From: Saprolegnia diclina VS20
Taxonomy: Eukaryota
Assembly: GCF_000281045.1 (NCBI RefSeq)
Contig: NW_008246081.1
Coordinates: 734,204-772,179, forward strand
Direction: 5' to 3'
Length of the DNA stretch: 37,976 nucleotides
Part shown: positions 1-9,703 of the stretch, piece after piece
Position numbering within the stretch: the first letter of the stretch is position 1
Layout: each line of letters begins with the position of its first letter
Made by a program: the position numbers and the translations under genes
Notes under the pieces: generated by a model
What the model was told of the DNA's origin: nothing
Database searches by the model: none
The model's input: only the letters and a program-made list of their open reading frames with translations

Positions 1-26
1 GCATGCTCCTACTCTGGGTCTCGTAG

Positions 27-811
27 CGTGCGAGTCGGGGTCCATGTTCAAGGACCTGCTTCCGACCGACATTAATGCGTACGTGACGACGGCCGCCAAC
101 GAGAAGGAGTCGTCGTGGGGCACATACTGCCCGCCCACGTCGGACCACATTGGTACCAAGCTCCTCGGCACGTGTCTTGGCGACCTTTACTCGGTCAACT
201 GGATGGAGGACAGCGACAAGAGCGACTTGGCCAAGGAGACGCTGGGCGAGCAGTATGCGCGCGTCAAGAAGCTCACGGACAAGAGCCATGTGCTCGAGTT
301 TGGCTCGCCCACCATCCGCAAGGAGCCTGTTGGCGACTTTCAGTCCAACGACGACCACGACGTCGGACCGTTGCTGGTCGAGACGCTCGAGACGACGGCT
401 GACGTTCCGCGCTCGAGCGTCGACGCCCATGACATTGAGCTCGTCACCAAGTTTTACCAGTACTTGCGCGCAGACGTCGGCGCGCGTGGGCCGCTTGCAG
501 CCGCGTTGCTCGAGACTCTGCACGGGCGCGAGGTCGCGGACCGCGTCTTCAGCGACATTGTCCGCTTGACGATGCAGTCGGCGCCAACCTTTTCGATGAC
601 GCGCGACGACACGTGCCTTCGCGACGTCAACACGGCTGTTGAAGCGCACTGCGGCCGGTTCTCGGACTACAGCGTCCAGTACGTGGCGCACCTCTCTGCG
701 CTCTGCGCTGAGGGTTACGCGCCCAGCGTCATCGTCGCCCAAGCTGTCGCGGCCTGCAAGCGCCATGCGCACAAGAGCCGCGTGTTCGACCCGAGTCTTC
801 TCCACCCCTGA
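27..811 (+). CDS. Legumain / asparaginyl endopeptidase (peptidase C13), 3' exon; gene starts before the window
   Basis: After a TAG acceptor (24-26) the frame reads (A)CESGSMF, with the catalytic Cys at 29-31. It continues YVTTAANEKESSWGTYC, CLGDLYSVNWMEDSD, SHVLEFG and a Cys-containing C-terminal prodomain (CLRDV..VEAHCGRFSDYS..LSALC). Stop at 811. Confidence 0.9.
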
Positions 812-1108
812 GCAGCCGCGCATCAAGGCGGCGATCTCGCCTCGATACGCTAAGAATGACCTTGAAAGTGGCGGTTCTCTGGATGCAGATTGAGTCGACC
901 ACGTATTGTCAAGCCAGGAGCTATCTGCTTTGCAGGCAAGAGGACGCCCGCCAGTGGTGTCGCTTCTGCAGTGGCGGAGCCATTGGGTAGGCAGAGGTGG
1001 CTGCGAGTTGAACGAGAGGGTTAGGGGTCGTGGGCAGTAACGCAGAGCCGGGAACGGGAGCTGGAGTGTACAAGTTGTACATGCTGCAGAGGACCTGGAC
1101 GCGCCATG

Positions 1109-1144
1109 CGTCGTGGCGCTGCACGTCGTGGCGCTGCACGTCGT
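1109..1144. repeat. 15-bp tandem duplication (CGTCGTGGCGCTGCA x2.4) upstream of CDC73
   Basis: Direct reading: units at 1109-1123, 1124-1138 and a partial unit at 1139-1144. Confidence 0.85.
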
Positions 1145-1306
1145 CCGTGGGGCGCTCGATGGTGAGCGCTGGGAGGCTGCGCTGGGGTGTGGAGGGCTGG
1201 ACAGTGCTGAAAGAACCGGATATGTGCGACCTATCCGGACACGGGAGGCGAGCGAATTTTCGCCAATCGAAACGCGCGGAACCAAAGACCACAGAAAGGA
1301 GCAAGC

Positions 1307-2707
1307 ATGGCCGACGCCCTGGACCAAGTCCGCGCAGCCGTGATCGCGAACCGGCCGATTGAGGTCGAGGGCAGCGACGTGGTCTTCTGCACCATCGACA
1401 CGGAGTCGGGCGCCAAGTCCGTGACGAGCCGGCTTCCCGGCGACACGCCGACAGCGTTCCACTCCAAGGCGACGAAGAAGAGCTACGACCTCCTCGCGGT
1501 CGTCACGTGCGTGCAGTACGCCGACCTGACGTTCGCCGAGTACCTGCCCAAGTGCCGCGCCATCTCGGCCAGCCTCGTCTCGACCGTCGACAAGAAAGAG
1601 CTCATCGCGTACCTCAAGGGTGACATTGACAGCTCCGTGCAGGTGTACGAGCCAACGACCGCGCCCAAGCGCAAGGCTGTCGATGACGCGCCGTCCGCGC
1701 CCGACGTCAAGGTGGCCAGTGATGTCATGCAGGGCTCGCCCAAGAAGAAGGCGAAGGAGACGCCGCTCCAAAATGCCCAGGACGAAGCGCTCAAGCGCAT
1801 TCTGGCGAGAGAGTACACCCACCGCGACCGGACGACCATGATGACGACGCCCAAGGTAGCCTCTCCATGCAGCGCTCGTCCGTATCAAGGGATCCTAGTC
1901 GTTTGAGAACGTGCTCACGATCTTCGAGACGCTGCTCAAGGAAGAAAAAGACAAGATGGACAAGTCGAGCGGCAAGCCGTCACTGCTCATGCACCAAGTC
2001 AAGCAAGTGCTGCCGCTCAAGGTCGCCATGAAGAACAAGATCCCAGGTAAATCCACACAGCATTACGCGTGACGCGAGATGTGGTAGATATTCCCATCAT
2101 TGTCGTTCCGGCCGGCGTCTCGGACTTGATCAACCTCCTCAACGCCAAGGACTTTCTCGAAGATGGCGCGTACGCTGGCGTCATCTTGCGACGTGCCATG
2201 GCATCTTGTGTAGGTACATTACGACGGCGCAGAAAAAGGCCGAGGGCTGCCGCAAGTCGGCGTCGATCCTCATCAACTACACGGACAACGAAGAGACGCA
2301 CCAGTTCCGCATCGTCGACTCGGTCGCGCGCCTCAACGACAAGGAATGGTACGTCTCTCTCTCGTTGTCACGGTAATACCTTTGTTTGTTGTGTAGGAAG
2401 AGCATTGTTGGTGTCATCGTGTCGGGCCAAACGTGGCAGTTTAAGGATTGGAAGTGGAACTTCCCCATGGAAGTCTTCAAGCGAGGTACGCACAAGCATC
2501 TATATACATATATTGATATATCGATATTTTGGAACAGCGTGCGGCATTCACATTTACTCGCACGGCACGACGCTCAACGAAGAAATCAAGAAATGGGACG
2601 TCAAGATCCTCATGATCCACCCGCACAAGCGCCACTTGGACAAGGTCGCGGCGCGCGAGTTTTGGGCCCACCTCTTCGCACACATCAAGCACCGCGTCAT
2701 GACCTAG
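1307..2707 (+). CDS. CDC73: Parafibromin / CDC73, PAF1 complex subunit (6 exons)
   Basis: GT-AG introns at 1856-1898, 2047-2087, 2170-2213, 2349-2396 and 2486-2537 give one open frame. It contains VSTVDKKELIAYLKG (N-terminal domain), PIIVVPAGVSDLINLLNAKDFLEDG, WKSIVGVIVSGQTWQFKDWKW and WDVKILMIHPHKRHLDK (CDC73 C-terminal domain). Confidence 0.92.
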
Positions 2708-3202
2708 TTCCTTCACATCACATGGGCAGCGAAGTCGCTCAATACACATTGCATGCATGCTGTCGTCTACGTGTTCCGCTGCTTTCTTCTGGGATGTCTG
2801 AACACGCGGTGGAATGGCACTGCTTCCCGTCCGCGGGATGCCACAGGCCAGCATTCGGAGCTCCCTCGACGACGACGTACTCGTCGGAGAGATGCCTGCC
2901 AGTATGCGCCTGGCATGTTGCTGTCAGAAGGCGAGTTTGCTGTTCGATGATGATGTACTTGATTGGGTCATCGCAGTGCGACCTCCATAACGTGTAGAGG
3001 TTGATGCATTGTTACGACTACGACTGCACCTACTAGAACAGTACTATCACGAGCGACTTTACGAGGTTGGCCAGTCGCTCCAGTGCGACTCGAATTGCTT
3101 CATGCTGGTGGGACGTCAAGAGTCGTTATGCACCGGCCGCCTTTCTAAAAATACGCGCCAAACCGCCGGCTACTCAGTGGCCGAAACCTCGAGAACGTAC
3201 CG

Positions 3203-5766
3203 ATGGCGCTGGTCGTGTCCAAGTCGAGCAAGGTCGCCAACAAGGTGAGCCCGGAGCTGCACAAGATGCTGCAGCCGACAGCCGCGCGCCAAGAGCGCGT
3301 GCTCGCGGCCCTCGACAGCCGCAACGCCAACATCGTGCTCGGGATCATGACCATGTTTACGCTCTTTGCCGACGACATGCGCGTCGCGGGCTTCACCAAG
3401 GCGGCGGACGAGACGTTCTACGTCCTCGAGCTCATCTGCTTTGTGTGCTTTTCTTTCGAGTGGATGGGCAACGTCTACGCGCGCCCCGACTATGTGCACA
3501 AGGGCCTCGGCTTTACGTTTTGGATGGATCTGATTGCGACGCTTTCGATCCTCGCGGACGTGGGCTGGGTCATGGAGGCACTCACGGGCGGCGCGACCTC
3601 GAACAGCGTCGCGTCGCTCCAAGCGAGCCGCGCGTCGCGCGCCGGCACCAAAGCCGGTCGTCTCGTCAAGCTCATTCGACTCATTCGCGTCGTACGCATT
3701 TCGCGCATCTTTCGCACCAAGACCGCCGACACGGCCAAGGTCATCAAGCTCAACGAGCCGAGCAAGGTCGGCAAGATCCTCACGGAGCTCACGACGCGCC
3801 GCCTCATCGTGCTCGTGCTCGTCATGATCGTGCTCCTTCCGGTGATTGACCAAACGCTCACGACGACCGACCAGTACCAAACAAGCGCCTTGTACCAAAT
3901 GCATCGCATGGTCCAGGACTACAACTCGACGGGGCTGGTCACGCTTCCGGATATGCAAGCGCTCTTCCACAGCTACGTGCGCAACTGCAACGGCATCATT
4001 TTGGACATTGCGATCTACGGCATTGACAAGAGCATCACCAACCATTGGCTCCAAACCGTTCGGTTCCAGAGCTACTCGGGCACGGCGTGGGTCGCGTCGT
4101 CGCCCTTCACGGCTACCGTCAACCCGATCTCGGGCTGGTCGGCATCGTACCTCACGACCGACTTTACTGGCTTTCGCGCCGCGGACGTCAGCCCAATCTC
4201 GTACTTTGACTGCGTCGACAACACTGGCACGACGCTGCCCAACGCCACGTGCTTCTCCGCGGTTGTGTTTTACATTGCCAAGTCGAACGCGTCCGACTCG
4301 GAGCTCACGATCCTCAAGACGTGGATCGTCATCTTCCTCTTTGGCGGCAGCATCTTCTTCTTCACGCGGGATGCCGACATGCTCGTGATTGGCCCCATCG
4401 AGCGCATGGTGCGATCTTTGGACATGCATTCTTCCCGCTCAAACGAGAATGTGTGTAGATGGAGCTCGTGAACCGCTTGGCCAAGAACCCGCTCGGCAAC
4501 ACGGACATTGAAGAAGACGCGTCACAAGAGTACGAGACGCGCATGTTGGAAAAGACCATTTGTAAAATCGGCCGGCTCCTCCAAGTCGGGTTTGGCTCGG
4601 CGGGTACCGAGATCATTTCGAAAAACATGGGCGGGACCGGCGAACTCAACGTCATGATTCCAGGTATATATTGGACAAAAATTGTCTACTATGGAAACTG
4701 GCGCGTAGGCAAGAAGATTTCGTCCATCTTTGGCTTTGGCATCATCGAGCATTTCACCGAAACGTGCAGTATCCTTGAGGAGAGCGTCATCACGTACATC
4801 AACACGCTCGCCGATATCGTGCATACGGACGCCAATATCTACTACGGCGCGGCCAACAAGAACATTGGCTCGGCGTTCTTGCTCGCGTGGAAAATCTGTG
4901 ACGGGTCCCTACCCGGCATGCGGGACCCGCGCGACGCCGCCTCCAAGCCCATCATGAGTGCGTCCGAGAAGGCCGAGAAGCGCGCCGGTATCGCTGTCCA
5001 GCTCTGCGCCTCGGGGTTTGCGCCGCGCGCAATCACGCCGCAGGAGCTCGTCGACTCGGCGCTCATGGCCGTGCTCAAAATGCGCATCGACATTCACGCG
5101 GCCAACGAACCCGGTGGCAGATTCGAGCTGTACCTCTCAAACCCGAAACTCCAAGCAAAGTTTGGCGAGCACTTTGGTGTGCACATGGGCTTTGGGCTCC
5201 ACATTGGGTGGGCGATCGAAGGAGCGATTGGCTCGAAATACAAAATCGACGCGTCGTACCTCTCGCCCAACGTCAACATGGCCGCGCGTCTCGAGAACGC
5301 GACCGGTCAATTCCAAGTCCCGATGCTCATCAGCGAGTGGTTCATGGACGAGCTCAGTCCGTTTGCCAAGACACACTGCCGCAAGATCGACCGCGTCACG
5401 GTCAAAGGCAGTGAGATCCCCATGGATCTCTGGACCTTTGACATTGGCAACTACTCGATCGACTGCGACCCGATCGTCGACCCCAACGGCGTCCAGATGC
5501 CCCTCGACTATGAGAAGAACGATATTTTGCCGCGGCTCCAAGAAGGCATTCCGCGCGCGTTCTTTTCGACGTTCAAGGAAGGTATGCAAGCGTACCTCGA
5601 CGGCGATTGGGCCAAGGCCCATGCGCTGCTGAGTACAGCGTACGAAACGTACCGGGATGGCCCCACGAACGTGCTCCTGACGATCCTACGGACAGAGTCG
5701 GCCGACCCCAACGGGTATGCGTGCCCCGCGTGGTGGAAAGGCTTCCGGCCCTTGACGGAAAAGTAG
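3203..5766 (+). CDS. Ion-channel/voltage-sensor-like transmembrane domain fused to a class III adenylyl cyclase domain (Paramecium/Plasmodium AC-alpha type), with substituted metal-binding aspartates
   Basis: Introns at 4409-4458 and 4664-4708. Hydrophobic S1-S3 segments, an S4-like SRASRAGTKAGRLVKLIRLIRVVRISRIFR (3626-3715), two further TM helices, and LLQVGFGSAG. Cyclase motifs AANKNIG, MGFGLHIGWAIEGAIGSKYKIDASYLSPNVNMAARLE and RKIDRVTVKGS. TPR-like tail (GMQAYLDGDWAKA) ending WKGFRPLTEK. Confidence 0.9.
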
Positions 5767-5812
5767 CTTCGGCGTACATATGATAGAGGCAGCGTAATTT
5801 GTGAATATACAC

Positions 5813-8096
5813 TCATACATCTTGCGTATCGTCGGTGGCAAGTTTGCGCTTCTTCGGGTCGCGGTGGCGGGCCATGCCCACCTCGACGTACTCGCGCGCA
5901 AGACGCTTGAGGACTTCGTGCTGCGACAAATGCGGGTCGCTACACCCTTTCTACATGCAATTGTTGAGTAAAGCTTGACATGGAGCCACGATGAAACACT
6001 TGCCGTCGTGCACTTGTTCGCGAGCGCTTTCGAGCAGTAGGGAAACTTGATTTTGCGCGCCGGCAGCTCCCTCTTGAACTGTGTGTGGATCACCGGCTGG
6101 ATCATGTAGAGTTGCGGCCGCTGTTGGTCGCGGCGCAGATGAACAAAGGCGCAGCGGTAGCCTGCATAGCAGTTTTGTCCACTCTGTCAACAATGCAATA
6201 GGGCAATGTACCTTTGGCGAGACGCGCGCACGTCCCGTTGGTCTCAAAGTAGCTCTTGCAGTAGGTTGGCAGCGCAAACGTGTACGGGATTTGACCCGGT
6301 TCGCGCCACTCGGGCAGCACCGAGTCCAAGAGTGTTCGGTCCCAGCGCCCCGCCTTCTCCAGGAAGTCTGGAAGATGCAGCTTGGCATCGTCGCCCGTGT
6401 CTTTGATCGTGGCGTCGTAAACGTGAATGCCGTTGTACGACGGGTCGTACGAGAGGAGGTACTCGCCCGGTGGCAACTCGCTCATGTGAGCAACGACTTC
6501 TTGCACCATGGCAAACTTGGTCAGCGGACTAGTGCGACAGCATCATCATCCAGGAATGCGACAGTTCAAACGTACTTTGCCACGGACGAGGCCACGGACG
6601 TGATCGTCTTGTCCGAGACATCGATGACCTTGGCGCCGTTGGCGTGCATGCGGCCTACATCTGCATCACAGACTGCCATCGATCGGCGAACAATGATGTA
6701 CCGACGACAATGCCAGCGTTGCCACGGATCCACGACTGCAGCCACCACCGAGCGCGCTCCGACTCGGTGATTTGCTCGGGCGTCGAGCACCATTCGTAGT
6801 CGATCTTGGCCTGGATCGTCACGTCCACGTTCTTCACCTAAACATCATCGTATGACAGGCTGTCGACAGTATACTTGAAAAGAGATACCGGATCATAGCC
6901 GTGGGTTTGCGTTCGGAGCAGCATCTTCTTGGACCCGATCGACCACGTGTGGTAATGGTACGCGCGCGAGGTTGAAGTCTCGGTCATGGACGCCTTGAGA
7001 AGCTTGCGAGCGAAGAGCGTGAGCTTCTTGCGCCCGCTCCAGACAGCATTCACGAGCGGCTTGTCAAAGACCACCTACATGGACTGTGCTTACACCTCTG
7101 TCCTTGTGGTCATAGCTACGTGTTTCTTCTTGGGACCAGCCCGTACGACGACCGGGATCATCCATGCCTACAACATCCGAGTCTAGACCCAACTGGACGC
7201 GATAAGAGGAAGGCAGAATACCTGGCGGAACCGGTCAGGGGTCGTGTCAAAGAGCATTGTGAGCGTCGAGGTCGCAATGGCGACGTCGCAGTCCTCCTGC
7301 GCGACGAGCTCGGCAGCCTTGGCGTCCTTGGAGAGCACATATCCCGTCGTCCAAGTGATCGGTGCTTCCAGCGCACTCAGAGGGCTTGGCAACGGGCGCT
7401 TGAGGGCCGGCTTGACCGAGGCGCGTGCGACGCGGGCAATGTACTTTGGCGGTGCGTCCGTCGACGGCGTCAACGGGAACGAGATGATGCTGACGCGCGA
7501 GTACGTGGTGGGGTACATGTCGGCAGCATCGTTGCAGCGCTGGCGCAAGAAGGCATCGACGGCCGTCTCGATGCTATGAGGCAGCGCCGTCAAGACAAAG
7601 AGGTCGGCCTTGGCGAGGTTGTCAAAGCTCTTGTGAAAGTTGCGCTATTCGACGCAGCGTCAGCTGTACAGCGAGCATGAGACGACTACCTGCTCGGCCT
7701 TGACGGTCTGGTGGATGCGGTTGAAAACGTCGTGCTCATCGGACGAGAGCGCGAGGAGGTCCGGGAACCCGCGCTGTCGTGGGCATTATGAGCCACAAGT
7801 TGGTAGGACCACATGTAGTCTACCTGCATCGCAGCCGACTTCTTCTGCTGGAGGTCCAAGTACGTCGCATGCTCTGCTGCAAGGAGACTCGTCTTGTGGG
7901 AGTGCAAGACCTCGTCGAGGCTCGACGTCGGCGGCTCGGGCAGCGGTGCTCGGGCGTCGGTGTCGACCTTGGAGGCCTTGGTCGCGAGCGTCATCTTCTG
8001 GGCCAAGGCCTTGAAGACAGTTCCATGCGGCGAGTAGTAGTCGTACTCATCTTCCGCCATCCATGCATCACCGCTCCTCGGCGTCGGGACGTTCAT
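5813..8096 (-). CDS. ICE2: ICE2/NARG2-like protein (little elongation complex subunit 2 homolog) with two C-terminal CCCH zinc fingers; multi-exon
   Basis: The spliced frame gives SKDAKAAELVAQEDCDVAIATSTLTMLF..AWMIPVVVR..VVFDKPL, YHTWSIGSKKMLLR, AKIDYEWCSTPEQITESERARWW, GEYLLSYDP and GQIPYTF, which match NARG2/ICE2 blocks as I recall them. Start ATG at 8096 (alternative 8060); stop TGA at 5813-5815. Confidence 0.72.
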
Positions 8097-8266
8097 GCTC
8101 CTCGCTCGGTCGATCTTCGTCGCTAGAGTTTCCCACGGCCAACACCAACGGTATTTCCCACGGCCTGGATTGGGTTTTTCACATGACACTATTCACCAGC
8201 ATCGACGCCTACCCCAATTGGTGTTGGTACGGGACCAAATCGTGTGCTTGGACAACGTATTTAGTG

Positions 8267-9513
8267 TTAATAATAGTGCATCACGAGGAGCAACACCGAC
8301 GCGGCCGCGTAAAAGCAAAAGATGGTGAACCCGCGGTTCTCACCGTAGTCGTACGCCTTGGCGAGCGACTTGTTGCCCTAAGACCATGGAATAAGCTCTG
8401 CTGCTTATATAGGCAAGTTGCACATATCGTACCTGGACGACGTTGGTTGACGTCGTGTCAGCATTCGCAGCAATCTTCTCGAGGTCGCCATGCTGCGCCT
8501 CAATGTTGTCAGAGAAGTGGCCCATGATGCGCGAGATCTCGTTCATGCTTGCCTCGAGACGCCTACGCCATGGTGAGAGGCTGTCCATATCCTGCAAGGC
8601 ATCTACTTGGCGGCTTCGATCTCTTCATGCAAATGCTTGTGTAGCTGGATGTTCTCGGCGTGGAAGCGCTGGGTTTCTTCCTCGGTAAACGCCCACGACG
8701 ACGACGTCTCGTCGTTCACGTTGGACTGGATCTACATCACATGTGAGGACAACGGGCTCCGCAGGCAAGCGCCTACGGCGGGTAGAGCACGGGGCTGCTC
8801 TTGCAAATGCGTCGCAGTGGTTGCTGGACGAGGTGCCGCCGTGGGCTTGGGCTTGGCACTTGGCTCGGGCGCGTGGAGCTCGGTCGAGTCGGGCAGAAAG
8901 CTAGTAATTTGATGCACTTCGATTGATAGGAAGGGAGCTGCATGCATACCGCTGCGACGCAAAGAAGGGTCGCGCAATACGCTGCTTCCGCGCCGCTTGG
9001 ACGCTTTGCACCGACCGCTTGACGCGCTAGGACCTTAGCGTCAAGCCTTGCGACTACCGACCAGCAACGTACGTCCGAGAGGTATGTGACCATCTCCATC
9101 TGCATGCGCGTAGTCTGTGGCTTCTTGGACCGGCCAATCTGAAGGCGCTCTTTGAGCTGCTCGATCTGCAGCTCACACGCTTGGTACGACTCGAGCGCCG
9201 ACTGCGCCCATGAGATCCAACACGTGCAAGTCGGCGTATGTACCTCCTCAAGCTCGTCGCGCTCCACGTCGCTAAAGGCGGCGGCCTTGCTCGGCAAAAA
9301 GCGGGCGGGGTCGACGTAGCATTTGCGCTGGCCGCGCAGAAGCGTTGAGATCTTGCGGAGGCTCTCTAGCTGCGCATGGCATGAGCCTCGCTGCATCTAC
9401 CGAGGCAGACGCACCACATCGATGGCCTCCTGCATGAAGTCCGAGACCGGCTTGGCCTCGGCCGGCGCGTCCGTCCATCGCGCTAGCTTGCGGAAGTCGG
9501 CCGTAATGTCCAT
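8267..9513 (-). CDS. STX18: Syntaxin-18 / Ufe1 / SYP8-type ER Qa-SNARE; multi-exon
   Basis: N-peptide MDITADFRKL, FSDVERDELE, SNARE helix (LEASMNEISRIMGHFSDNIEAQHGDLEKI..NVVQGNKSL) and a C-terminal TM anchor RGFTIFCFYAAASVLLLVMHYY followed by a stop at 8267-8269. Confidence 0.85.
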
Positions 9514-9703
9514 CGGCAAAGTCCACGCGTTCTCCGGGCTGCAATCGCCGGAGTGGGGTCCGCCTTTATTTAATTCTATACAAATGACAAGCTTGAATAG
9601 AAATATAAGTTAAAATATGTTCGACACCCCCGATTGGCTACACTGCTAAGTTCGAACAGCTGGCATTTTCGATCTCGACCTCGTGGCAGCCTCTCGTCGC
9701 AGG

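Noticed and set aside
921..1304. 127-aa minus-strand ORF containing DVQRH x2
   Set aside because: Non-ATG start, overlaps the CDC73 promoter and has no recognisable domain. The peptide repeat is simply the 15-bp DNA duplication.
2708..3202. Short ORFs between CDC73 and the cyclase as a possible extra gene or 5' exon
   Set aside because: No coherent splice model or motif, and the cyclase has a plausible ATG at 3203.
3170..4429. 419-aa minus-strand ORF opposite the cyclase TM region
   Set aside because: Shadow ORF with no family motifs.
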